This document shows, piece after piece, positions 27,780 to 39,917 of a stretch of 64,000 bases of DNA. Numbering within the stretch: position 1 is the first letter of the stretch; each line of letters starts with the position of its first letter. The notes under the pieces are model-generated. The model searched no databases and was not told where the DNA came from. It saw only the letters and a list, made by a program, of their open reading frames with translations. The DNA is from Prorocentrum cordatum. Its lineage: Eukaryota. The stretch lies in assembly GCA_963575745.1 (NCBI GenBank), contig CAUYUJ010000158.1, forward strand, positions 1 through 64,000, written 5' to 3'. The position numbers were made by a program, and so were the translations under genes.

Positions 27780-30256
27780 GGCGCATATGCGCTCGCCCTG
27801 CATCCGTCTTGGCCGTCACTGCGCCGCGACTAGGGATCTCCTCCTTGAGGGTCCTCCATGTGGGGTCGATCAAGTTCGTGCTTGCCACTGCCGGGCGCTT
27901 CCAGCCCGTCGCGACGTTCCCGATAACTTCCACGGACCGGGAAAACTCGGGCACCGGCTTCCTAGAGTGATTCACGGCGTGCGCGTCCACGATGCCCACG
28001 GGGAGCGGGCGCTTCATGTACGCCCTGGCGGAGTCTGTCATCTGGACCATGTTGCTCCTCTCGTTGAACACGTCCTTGCACGCGCGGGCCCAGAACTCGT
28101 CCGTGAGCGGCGGCAGCCGCCCCTCCCCGCGGCTTTCCGTGATGCCGACCTCGCGCAGCCAGAGCTTCTCTGGGGCCCCCCTCTGGTAGATGCCGAGCCA
28201 CACCCAGAACTTGTACACTTTCTCCTCGCCCTCCATCTGGCTCCAGGAGAAGAAGCACGACTCGTCGGCCTCGAAATCGCTGGTCTCGCCGCCGGGGAGC
28301 TGCCCGAAGATGATGGTCTGTTGGCGGCGTTCGGCGTCCGCCGCCATGATGGCGCGGGCCTTCTTGTAGAAGGCTCCGACCACCTGCTCCGATAGCCCCA
28401 GCTGCTTGCAAGTAGCCGTGACGGGCATGTCTTCCACGCAGTTCCAGAACGCAACGACTTGGTCCGTGAGGCTGGTGGACCCCCCTCCCAAGCGGTGGAA
28501 TATCAACGACCCTGACGCCACGCTGTACCTCGTCATGCACTGCTTGCAACGATCCGCCGCCGCGACTGCAGCGGCACGCGTGTATCGGGCCCTTTCGCTC
28601 CTCGAGAGGCAAGAAGTAAGCCACCCGACGCATCGAGCCCAAGATGCTTTCAGATTCGTAACCAAGTCCATGCGTTTTCGGCCTTGCAGGAGGAGGAGGA
28701 GGAGGAGAGGAGGAGGAGGAGGAGGAGGAGGAGGAGGAGGAGGAGGAGAGAGGAGGAGGAGGAGGGAGGGGAGGAGGAGGAGGAGGAGGAGGAGAGGACG
28801 AGGAGGAGGGAGGAGGAGGAGGAGTAGGAGGAGTAGGAGGAGGGAGGAGGAGGAGGAGGAGGAGGACAGGACGAGGAGGAGGAGATGGAGGAGGAGGAGG
28901 CAGAATCGCGCGGCAGCGGCACTGGATACCACACTGTGTGCACCGTCACGTCGCTGGCGCCCGCGTTCTTCCTGGCGTGCAGGCTCCCGAGGACGCACTG
29001 GGTGGTGCTCCGTTCCCATGCCGAGCCCTTCCCCTCCCCCCGCGCGAACAGCCGCGCCCCTCGCCGCAGCGCGCGGGAGAGAGAAGAGAAGGGCGAGGGT
29101 CCAGGAGGAGGAGGAGGAGGAGGAGGAGGAGGAGGAGGAGGAGGAGGAGGAGGAGGGGGAGGAGGAGGAGGAGGAGGAGGAGGAGGGGGAGAGGAGTACG
29201 AGGACGACGACGACAAGGAAGGCCACGGAGGCCGCGAGGGGGGGGGGAAGGGCGGCATGGGAACCCAGCAGAAGGACCTCGTTCTTCTCGTCTCTCGCGA
29301 TGCATCCCGGCATAGCGCACGGCGCCCCCTGCATCTGGGGCAGGAGGCCGTCCTCGATGCAGGCCATCGTGAAATCTCTGGGGTTCATGCGGAGCAGCGC
29401 CTTGACGGTGCGCGCGGGCTGCACCATGCTGCGCTGCGCGGGGCGCCCCTCGTGGGCAACGCTGCGCTGTTTCAGGCTGACGTACTTCAAGTGTGTCACG
29501 ATCTTGCCCTTCTTCCCAGCGTGCTCTCGCGCCCTGGCCACCAACTCCCTCTCGCGGGCCTGCAACCTGACAGCCTCTGGGCGCGCCGTGCACGTCGTAG
29601 TGCGGTGGTCGACGCTGCCACAGGCCCAGCAATGCTGCAATTTCCTCTTACCCTGGGACCCACGTCCCTGCCGCGGCTTCTTGCCTTTCCTGTTGCGCAA
29701 AGCAGGAAGCGCAGGCGGCGGCGGCGGTGGGGAGGCCTCCACGACGGCCAGGGTGGCGCGCGCCTCGGCCTCCTGGAGGGCGTGGAGGTGCGCGATCTCA
29801 CGGTGCACCTGGGGCGGGGGCAACCCCTCCGCCGCTGCTTGCTCGGCGGCCGCTCTCCTCTCGTCCGCTCTCTGCAGCACCTTCTGAGCGGCAGGGCCTC
29901 GCATGGCGAGCGCGAGGTCAGTGGCGGGCCCCAGGACGCCGGCCTCTTCCATAGCTTGTTTCAGCGTGGGCCTGGCATCCAAGAGGCCTTTCGTGTTCAC
30001 GATGTAGGCCAGGTAGTCCGGATGGTCCGTCCAAACAGTCTGGAGGGTCTTGCGCCCGTGCTTGCCGAAACCCAAGACGTAGTCGAACCCCCGGCCCTGG
30101 CCCACCTGAGCGCTGGCGGGCTCTGGGTCGCTGGCGCCCTCGGCGCCCTCGATCCCGGCTGAGCCTGACGCCGCAGGCGCGGCAGCTGCGGCGCGGGCCT
30201 CCCGAGACGCCTTCCTGACGGGAACACAAGAGGTGACGACGCCGATGCCGACGCCG

Positions 30257-30292
<36 letters not shown>

Positions 30293-30303
30293 GCGCCGAA
30301 GGT

Positions 30304-30353
<50 letters not shown>

Positions 30354-30718
30354 GGGCGACGGCGCCGACGCCGAGGCCGAGGCCGAGGGCGACTCCGAAT
30401 CCACAGCCCCCGTTGTACTGCGGTCCTTCTCTTGGTGAGCTGGGCCAGCCGCGCCGCGTCGCCATCCGCCTGGATTTCCCGGTACCAGCGGATCTCCTCC
30501 TCGCGCTCTTCGGGACTCATCTCGCGCATTGCATGCTTGGACCTGCTTTTGTGGGTCCGCCCCGAAGGGAAGCGATCCCCTGGCCCACACACCAAGCACA
30601 CCAGGATCCCAGCAAGCTGCTTCTTGAAAGCATCGCTGAGGTCTGATTCGTCGGCTGGGGCAGCCGTGTCTGGCTGTTCTGGCGGAAGCTGGGGCGCGTC
30701 GGCGGGAACGCGCGGCAT
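27780..30718 (-). CDS. Intron-interrupted Merlin/IS1595-family transposase with N-terminal accessory domains; exact splice sites and C-terminus uncertain
   Basis: Motifs FEADES (D at 28264-28266), WLGIYQRG, MTDSARAY (D 28033-28035), HAVNHS and STNLIDPTWRTLK (D 27865-27867). They are preceded by a Zn-ribbon (CAMPGC...RCKQC..RYSV..GS.IF) and an HTH-like TATCKQLGLSEQVV. Candidate ATG at 30718 (MPRVPADAPQ). Microsatellite-filled interruptions at about 30215-30410, 29005-29277 and 28560-28920. Confidence 0.85.
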
Positions 30719-31380
30719 ACCTCCCCGCAAGCACAGCCCGAGGTCTAATGTGGACTCGTTCTGGGTGTTGTAGTCCGAAAACGCTACTCGAGCCCACAGC
30801 TACGGTGAGGATGATGGTTGTGATGGCAATCGCGCAGCTTCGTTAAGAGCGGTACTGCTGCGCGGTAAGGATGCAAGCCCCTTGGGCGCCGAAGTTGTCG
30901 CTTTTGTGAGCGGTGCACGGCCATCGATAACTGCTAAGGATGGATCGAAGAGGCAAGGCTGCAAGGGTATCCTTGGAAACCTTGTCATCCTTACTGTGCC
31001 CTGTAACCGTGCGGAAACATCGTCGGCCAATCGCGATAGTATCCGTCACCGCGCCACAACTGCTGAGTGGCATGCCCTCCGGTCCATTCGAATCCTCTGA
31101 ATTGAATATTGCAACTATCCATTACAGACCTCAGACAACGCATTTCACGGAAGCCTTAGGCATCCAAGGAAGCCTTAGGAACCCTCAGGAACCATCAGAA
31201 TCCAAGAAGAACCCTGAGGAACCCTCAGGAACCATCAGAATCCAGAAACTCAGGGGGTCCAAACGACACCATTTTTCAGGCTGCGTCCAGCCGTGGCGAC
31301 GAGGGGCCCCTCCCGAAGGCCAACTCCCAGTGTCTCAAGCTCTGCCTCTGTCTCTGTCTCTGTCTCGGTCTCTGTCTCTG

Positions 31381-31416
<36 letters not shown>

Positions 31417-31541
31417 TCTATCTCGCTCTCTCTCTCTCCCTCACCTCCCTCTCCTCCTCTCTCTCCTCTCTCTCCTGCTCATACACCTCCTCCTCCTCCT
31501 CCTCCTCCTCCTCCTCCTTCTCCTCCTCCTCCTCTCTCCTC

Positions 31542-31582
<41 letters not shown>

Positions 31583-31828
31583 CCTTTCTCTCTCTCTCTC
31601 TCCTCCTCCTCCTCCTCCTCCTCCTCCTCCTCCTCCTCCTCCTCCTCCTCCTCGTCCTCCTCCCCCTCCGACGACAACGACGAACAATGCACACGCCCAA
31701 GGTTAACGAGGACCGCTGTCCCAGGTCCCCAGGGTCCGAGCCACGCCTGGGAGCCGGCTAACCACGAAAATAACCTCGAATGTTGATATCGCAAGAAGCG
31801 GTACGCGCAGGAGCAGAAAGAAGAAGAG

Positions 31829-32750
31829 ATGGACCCCTGTAGGGGTCCCATGGGAATCCTATGGAATCCTATGCGTGTCCTATGGGAATCCTATGGAAAC
31901 CTGTCGGGGTCCTATGGGAGTCCGATGAAACCCTGTAGGGGTCCTAAGGGAGTCCTATGAAACCCTGTAGGCGTCCGATGGGAGTCCTATGGAACCCTGT
32001 AGGGGTCCCATGGGAGTTTTAAGGAACCCTGTCTGGGTCGTATGGGAGTCCTATGAAACCCTGTAGGGGTCCTATGGGCCTCCCATGGAACCCTGTAGGG
32101 GTCCTATAGGAGTCCGATGGAACCCTGTACGGGTCCTATGGGCACCCGATGGATCCCTGTAGGGGTCCTATGGGAGTCCGATGGAACCCTGTACGGGTCC
32201 TATGAGAATCCGATGGAACCCTGTAGGGGTCGTATGGGAGTCCGATGGAACCCTGTACGGGTCCTATGGGGGTCCCATGGAACCCTGTCCGGGTCCTATG
32301 GGAACCCGATGGAACCCTGTCCGGGTCCTATGGGAACCCGATGGATCCCTGTAGGGGTCCTATGGGAGTCCTATGAAGCCCTGTAGGGGTCCTATGGGAG
32401 TCCTATGGAACCCTGTCGGGGTTCCATGGGAGTCTTCAGGAACCCTGTCTGGGTCGTATGGGAGTCCTATGAAACCCTGTAGGGGTCCTATGGGAGTCCC
32501 ATGGAACCCTGTAGGGGTCCTATAGGAGTCCAATGGAACCCTACACGGGTCCTATGGGAATCCGATGGAACCCTGTAGGGGTCCTATGGGGGTCCGATCC
32601 AACCCTGTGCGGCTCCTACAAAAGTCCAATGGAACCCTGTACGGGTCCTATAGGAATCCTATGGAACCGTGTAGGGGTCCTATAGGAATCCTATGGAACC
32701 CTGTAGGGGTCCTGTGGGAGCCCTATAGAACCCTGTACGGGTCCCTGTAC
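31829..32750. repeat. Right subterminal tandem array, 32-bp unit TCCTATGGAACCCTGTAGGGGTCCTATGGGAG (~28 copies)
   Basis: Directly visible; reverse complement resembles the left array unit (TCCCATA.GGA.CC..AC.G). Confidence 0.93.
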
Positions 32751-32895
32751 GCCCCGCGGGGGGGCGCGCGGGGAGAGCGTTGCGTTGCGTTGCGCTGCGT
32801 TGCGCGGGGGGGGGGGGGGGGGGGGGGGCCGGTCCGCCAGCTAGTGGTTTCGTCAACAACAACAACAACAACAACAACAACCACAACAACAACAA

Positions 32896-32972
<77 letters not shown>

Positions 32973-33443
32973 GCAAAACAACAGCAGCAGCAGCAACAGC
33001 AACAACAACAAGGAGAGAGGATGTAAAAAGAGGATTTGGATGAGGATGATGATGATGATGAGGAGGAGGAGGAGGAGAAGGAAGAGCAAAAGGGAAGGAG
33101 GGAGTGAGGGAGGGAGGGAGGAAGATGAGGAAGATGAGGAAGATGATGAAGATGAGGAAGATGAGGAAGGGAGGGAGGAGGAGAGGGCTTGGCTTGAGAT
33201 CCCACAGGGAACACCCGATACCGAACTGGGTCACTGTACACTCCATTGCAAGGCCAGACCGCAGGAGCGTGCTCGGGAGGAGCACCGCGACAAGATAAAA
33301 TCTCTTTCTATCTCTCTCCTTGCCAGTCGGGCTCGGCTGGAGAAAGCGTGGCACAGACGACTTCGAGCCAGACGTCATCGCGCCAGATTGTTGGTGGCAC
33401 TCGACGCGTCGAGACGTCTTCTGGCCAGCCACATCACAGCTCG

Positions 33444-34260
33444 ATGACCTTCACCACTTGGAAATATCAGTCTTGCAGCAAGTACGTAAAGAACCGGCGC
33501 AACAGGTGCCGGTGCGGACAGCACTACCATCAGGACCAGTCCAGAGGAGCACCCAGAACGATGAGCCAGACCGTGAAGCGAGAGACGCAGCAGGAGGCGT
33601 CGATCAAGAGGTACACTGCGAAGATGCCACCCATGCCGCACCGTGCGGCGGCCACTCATTCTGCGTTCAGACAAGCACCTACACGACCACAAGAGGTGGC
33701 ACTATTCAAGGGATAGGTCGAAATGCAGATGATGAGTACAGAGAGCATGGCAATATTTGCAACAAAATCAAAGAAATTGAACGACGCAAGGAAGCACGAC
33801 ATGGAGTGATGGTCTGAAGTCGTGTGTGACGGCGTTCTAGAGGGTAAAGCAGCAAAGGAACGATGTAAAGACAAAGCTGGACAAGGCGGGATCGCTTGTC
33901 GGCGATTCATGCCCGCTAGAGGGACTTGAAGGAAGCGGAGATCGAGGCAGACATCCAGCAGTTGGACAGTTGCATGCGGGAGCTGGAGACAATGACAGAA
34001 GTGAAGGACGAAGAGAGGCAGGACATGTCGGAAGCGGCAGATGGTGGAAGAGAGCGATTTCAACAGCAGCAAGCGCAGTAGTATGTATGGAGAATGCATG
34101 GTACTGTGTTTATGCCGACGGCACCAGCGTCGGCACCTCAGCAGCCAGTTCTTGCTCCAACTGGGCGGTTTGCGGGAGTTTCTCAGCAGCTTTAGCAACA
34201 GCAGGTACAGCAACAGCCCCAGATACAGCTACCGATAGAGATGCTGGCACTCATGAAAAA
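33444..34260 (+). pseudogene. Decayed ORF, possibly a retroelement ORF1/gag-like relic
   Basis: WKYQSCSKYVKNRRNRCRCG resembles a degenerate W-x-C-x2-C...C-x-C-G zinc finger; it is followed by acidic/basic coiled-coil-like fragments in shifting frames with stops. No RT seen. Confidence 0.3.
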
Positions 34261-37200
34261 ATATGAGCGAACGTCAGCAGAGACAAGAGGAGTACGGTGA
34301 CGACGTCGGCGCACTGGATCCACACGATGAGCATGAACCAAAAGAATGATCATCAGCAGCTGGGGTTTCATGCAGCCCCTACGGGGGCGACTGTGGCATC
34401 GGCTGTCGGCACCGCAAGCCTCGGACACGAATCGGTTTCGACCGCTCCGTGGGCAACGCCGGTTAGGAAGCCCCGCGGATGCGGAATTAAACCTCCCAGG
34501 AAAGAGTCCGCTGTCGGCTTTCGGCCCGTTTCGGCTTCTGGCCGCGCTGCTGCTGGCCAGTTACGGCTCGGGCCAGGGCCGAAACGGGCCAGGCCGAGAC
34601 GGGCCGAAAGCCGAAACGGCCCTGAATCCGCGTCGGGCCCCTGTCCTAGGAAATGCATCCTGACGCCGGCGCCCGGGGCAGGGGCGGCAAACGCGGGGGG
34701 GCCCGCAGCCCTGGGACGGCACCGCAAGCGCGGCTGGCGGGCGCCGAACCTCGGCGGGGGGTCAGTCTGGCCAGCTGCGCCCTGGAAGTGACCACGGTGG
34801 CGCCCACGACAAGACGAGGCCCGAACTGGGGCAAAATCGGACGGGAACATCGGCGTCACCCCAACATAATGATACTATGCGTGAGTCGCCCCTCCAGGAG
34901 CAACGCGCGCGCACCGACAAATGGTAGAGTGTAGGCTCCGTGGCGGGCGTTTTCTGGCCGTACCGCTCGGAAAACGATATCTTGCATGATGGTGATGATA
35001 TTTGTTCAGGTCGGACGCATGCCTCCGAGGCGGACCTATAGTACTAGTATGTCCTTGTGCGTCCGAGGCAAGATCGGGGACCTCGCTCGCTGGAGCAACT
35101 GACACGCATGCGGAGCTACACTGTCAATGCTGCGCTAGATGTGGCTGTGCTGCGCTCCTGCTCTGAACGCACACCGCTTGAGGCCGAGGGGAGCTTGGGA
35201 TATCCTCCCACCAAAACACATAACAAGTCGGACACATCTGAGATCCAGCGGGGCTGGAGGATGTGCCGGGCGCCGCGGCCGTTCCAGAGCGCTGCGGAGC
35301 GAAGGCTCTGGAACGACTGCTCCCCCCGCCCAGGGCGGCGGTCTCGGTGGGCTCCCAGCCCCGTGGACGGCGGTGCGCACCCAGATGGCGGCCGTCGCAG
35401 GGCCCCTGGGGCAGCTCAATCGCGCTGTGCACGCGATCGGCGTCGGCTTTGCAGTACGGATGGAGCGCGCCCACGGCCGAAGTCAAAGGGGACTTGGTAT
35501 ATCGGTGGCCGAACGTGTGAGGACAGGGGTTGGCACTGCTGCGCACGAACCAATCGGAGTTATGGCCGCAACGGTCACACAAAGCGCCACGGTGGAATCT
35601 TGCGCTCAGGCTGGGACGGGAAGTGCCCGCCACCCTCGCGGGCGCTGCGCGAGGAGCTGACGGCAACGCCCTCGCCCTCTTGTAGGACGGAGCCAGGACG
35701 AGGATCGAATCGGGCGAGGACGAATCGAGAATCTCTGAGATCCGGCGGCTCCGGAAGATGTCTCGGGCGCCGCGGCCGCCTTCTCAAAGCGCTCCGGAAC
35801 GCTCCGAAAGGGGTTTCCGGAACGCTCTGGAACGGATTGGCCCTCGCCCCAGCTCCGTCCGATCGTGCGCACGCGCAGACTCGAGCACGACGGATGTGCT
35901 CGAGCCGTCCTGGGATGGCAGCCCACGCGGGGCCCGGCTGCGCGGCCCCCGCGTCGGCGGGCGAACGGGCCGCCGCGCTGCCCGAGCCTGCTCGTCGGCC
36001 GCCGCGCAGCACGACGAGGAGCGGGCAGAGCGGGCGTGCGTCTGGCTGGTGCGCCCGAAGCAGTGATGGCGCGCATGGGCTGACGGCCCAACCCTTTCTG
36101 GTTCTGGTTGGACGGCCTGCTGCTGCTGCAGATCTGGCCCGCTTCCTCCAGAGACTGGCGGACGACGTCGCTGCGGGAAGCGACAAAAGGGTCGGTCCTG
36201 CCAGGTCGGAGCGCATCCAGGGGCAAAGGGGAAAGAGAAGGGAAGGGAGGGTGAGGAGGTTTCCTCAGCCGATGCGAAAAGAAACCAGCGCCCCTGTCTG
36301 CATGGATGATGATGAAGAAGACAGAGAACAGGAAAGAGGGAAAAAGAAAGGCACGAGGATCAAGATGGAGGAGGGGAGAGGGAGAAGAGGGACGAGGACG
36401 AAGAGGTGGATCCCGACGATGGGGGGCGGAAGATCGTGAGGAGGGAGAGAGGCAAGAGCCTAGACCTCCAGCAGATTCGACTTGTGGGCTTCGCAGAGTT
36501 CCCCATCCACCAGGGGAAAGTCTTCGTTCCAGCCTCGCTTCTGATGGCCCCGGGAGCTGTGAAAAACCGCGGCGACAGGGTCAAGCGAAAAACCATCCGC
36601 CCAAAGTCCGAGGCCCCTGCTGCTGGCTCCCGGAGAGGGCCACTACTCTTTTGTTTCGCCCTCTCTATGCACCCACCAGCCTCTGGCCCCTCCAGCTGCT
36701 TCCCCATCTCTAGGAATGAGAAGGGGGAAAGGTGAGGAGGAGGAGGAGGAGGAGGAGGAGGAGGAAGAGGTCATCACCCAGTGGGCCCAGCCAGGTTGCG
36801 CGATCCCCACGGAAGAGGAGAAGGGGGTCCGTGGAGGATAAAAAAGAGGAGGACAATGGGGTCCATCGCTAGCAAACGGTCCCCACAGAAGATAAGGACG
36901 GGGTGGGAGGATGTGCTTAAACTCCGCGCCAGGGCGCCTCCTGAGGGCTGACGCTGGCCGAGCCACAGCTGCAACGGAAGGAAGTGCAGGGATGAAGGAG
37001 AAGACGAGCGTAGAAGAAGTCTTCGATCCTCAGCTCATCAGGCCACCCCTTCTGTGGGAGCGGCGGCAAACGGGCGTCCTGCCATAAGGGAGGATGAGGA
37101 GAAAGAGGACGAGGGAGGTGGAGGATTCGGAGGAAGGGGGACCAGACACATCTAGCGTCGCGTTATTTGTTTCGCAACCTGGCTCCCCGAAGGTCGGGAT

Positions 37201-38744
37201 CGCGGCTTCTCGGGCTCCGATACGTGCTTGTTACGGCCCCAGGGCTTGTGAAAGGGCCCCCAGGGGCCGAAGACGAATGTCGACGAATATCCGTCGTCAT
37301 GTTTCCGCGACGCGAAGACTGGCGGCGCCGATAAGGTTAAGCAGCAACTCCTGAAAGGTCTTCGCGAGAACGATCAAGGGCTATATGTCCAGATTAAGAG
37401 GCCACTAGGCCGGTCCAGCATGGGTTAAGCCCGGATCAAGCCGCACTGAGCCGGACCAAGCCAGATCAAGCAGAATTAAACAGGACTCAGCGGGGCCATG
37501 CCAAATTAAGCGGGTTTCTGACCGTGAATCTGACTGGTAGATCCGTGGTCACAAACAAACTAGGCATAGCCCTGCTAAATCCCGCTTGAGGCCCGGGAGG
37601 CTTCTCAGAACCCCTGGGAGTTTTAGTTCAGCATCGGTGCTGGAAGCACCAGCGCCCATGCTGAATGGAACCTCCCAGGAACTCTGAGAGAGCGAGGCGG
37701 GGAAGCGAGAAGGATGAGGCCTTCTCAGAAGGCGGCGAATCTTCTCAGAAGACGCTCACCGGCCTTCTGAGAAGTCTTTTGCGCCGTCGGGGAAGGTTTC
37801 GAAAACTTCTCGAAAGGCTGGGGGACTTCCAAGCCTTCTGGGAAGGCCCGCGGGGAGGGCGTCCAAGAGGAGCGCAAGTCATGGGCGGCGGCACGTGCGC
37901 GGCCCAGGGGGGGGGGCCAGGGCCGCATGAAGATAAGAAGAAGCGACGTGAAATCTGGGGAGGTATAATGGCCCCGCCATGATATCCACCCCCACCCCCC
38001 TAGTCATCACCCCCCTCTTGGCCGCCCCCGACTTCTTCCCAAGCCTCCCGGGCCTCAGGGGAATCCCTCCTGCCTCTTTGGCAGCCCCCACCGCCCTCTC
38101 AGAGAGGCTGCACCCCTCGCTACACACCCGCTCATGGGCGCCGCCCGGGCGAGGTCGGGGGGGAGGGGAGGGAAGAGGAGGGGGAGGAGAAGGAGGAAGA
38201 GGAGGAGGAGGAGGAGGAGGAGGAGGAGGAGGAGAGGAGGAGGAGGAGGGGGAGGAGGAGGAGGAGGAGGAGGGGGAGGAGAAGGAGGAGGAGGAGGAAG
38301 AGGAAGAGGAGAGGAAGGAGGAGGAGGAGGACGAGGAGGAGGAGAAGGAGGAGGAGGACAAGGAGGGGCAGGACGAGGAGGAGGAGGAGGAGGAGGAGGA
38401 GGAGGAGGACCAGTGTAAACCCAAGAGCCACCAACAATGTTGGAATACACCCTCCCTCCAAGCTCCCTCTTCGCAGACCCCTACAACGGTTCATTTCCAT
38501 TGAAGGGACTGCCTCGTTGGAAACCAACCGTTTGAAGACCCTGAAGCATGCCAAAATATGGTTCTCGGAAGTCCAAAGTCACGGATCAATCTGACTGTTG
38601 CGTCTGGACGACCGTGGATCGTGCCAGAACGCCATTATTGGGAGTTCAACACCGCGAATCAACGTAACTGTTGCACCCGCAAAATCCTGAACCCTTCCAA
38701 AACACCATTCGTGGTACGTTGACCATGGGAATACGTGAGACTCT

Positions 38745-38985
38745 TGTACATGTTATAAACGAATGTGCGCGGCGCTAAGGCGAGAGCCGCATTTTGAAAA
38801 GGAATCGCCCTCCATCCGTGAAACTCTTGCAATTGTGTGAAACGAATGTGCGCGGCGCCAAGGCGAGAGCCACAGATTGAAAACAGGTTGTCCTCTACGT
38901 GAAACTCGTGCAATATGTTAGTACGAATGTGCGCGGCGCTAAGGCGATAGCCACATTTCGAAAACGACCCGCTCTCCACATGTGA
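38745..38985. repeat. Three tandem ~83-bp units containing ACGAATGTGCGCGGCGC(T/C)AAGGCGA
   Basis: Motif at about 38759, 38842 and 38923. Confidence 0.85.
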
Positions 38986-39109
38986 AACGTTTGCCAGCGT
39001 CTAAGCTTCAAATCCATAAGTTGTGAGGCAAGTTCAGGCAAGTTCAGGCGAGACTGGCCTCCGGGTGCGACAGGGAGATTTCATTCGCAAAGACAAGGAA
39101 GGGAGTAGA

Positions 39110-39619
39110 AAGAGCAAGGATGAGGAGGAGGAGAAAAACGAGGACGGGGGGAAGGAGGAGGGGGAGGAGGAGGGAAGGAGGAGTAAGCAAAGGAGAAGCA
39201 AGGGAGAAGCAGAAGGAGGAGGAGGAGGAAGAGGAGGAGGGGGAGGAGGGGGGGGGAGGAGAATGAGGAGGAGGAGGAGGGGAAGGTAGAGAGAAGGAGG
39301 AGAGAGGAGAAGAAGGAGGAGGAGAGAACGAGGAGGAGGAGGAGGAGGGGAGGGGGGAGGAGGAGGAGGAGGAGAAGAAGGAGGAGGGAGGGGCAGGAGG
39401 AGGGAGGAGGAGGAGGAGGGAGGAAGGAGGAGGGGGGGAGGAGAGGAGGAGGAGGAGGAGGACGACGACGACGAGGAGGAGGGGAAGTGGAGGAGCAGAA
39501 GGAGGAGGAGGAGGAGGACGAGGAGGAGGAGGAGGAGGAGGGGGAGGAGGAGGAGGAAGAGGAGGAGGAGCAGGAGGAAAAGAAAGAGGAGGAGGAGGAG
39601 GAGGAAGAGGGGGGAAGGA

Positions 39620-39651
<32 letters not shown>

Positions 39652-39900
39652 GAGGAGGAGGAGGGAGGAGGAGGAGGAGGAGGAGGAGGAAAAGGAAGAA
39701 GAGGAGGGGGAGGGGGAGGAGGAGGAGGAGGAGGAGGGGGCGAAGAGGAGGAGGAAGAGAAGCAGGAGAAGGACGAGGGAGAGGAGGCTCCTGAGGAGGA
39801 GGAGGAGGAGGAGGAGGAGGAGCACGTCGGGGTGAGGCGGAGTAGGGGGGGAAGGAAAAGGAGGAAAAGGAGGAAGAGGAGGAAGAGGAGGAGCAGGCGG
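39110..39900. repeat. (GGA)n-rich tract directly 3' of RPN13 exon D
   Basis: Direct. Confidence 0.95.
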
Positions 39901-39917
39901 GAGGAGCCCCCGCCCGC

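Larger units (their letters stand above)
21730..32854 (-). mobile_element. Large (~11.1 kb) Merlin/IS1595-superfamily DNA transposon nested in an RPN13 intron
   Basis: Contains an IS1595-type transposase. Left end GGCAAAACAACCTGCTGGTGTACC versus right end (reverse complement) GACGAAACCACTAGCTGGCGGACC. Both ends have poly-C plus (GCAAC)n and related 32-bp arrays in inverted orientation. AACAACAA lies on both flanks, but within (CAA)n, so it is weak TSD evidence. Confidence 0.7.

Noticed and set aside
27580..30465. 961-aa ORF taken as the literal protein
   Set aside because: It reads through microsatellite introns; the true product needs splicing and uses other frames in places
34990..37400. 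Possible nested gene in the RPN13 intron
   Set aside because: A few protein-like snippets, but no consistent strand, frame or recognisable domain
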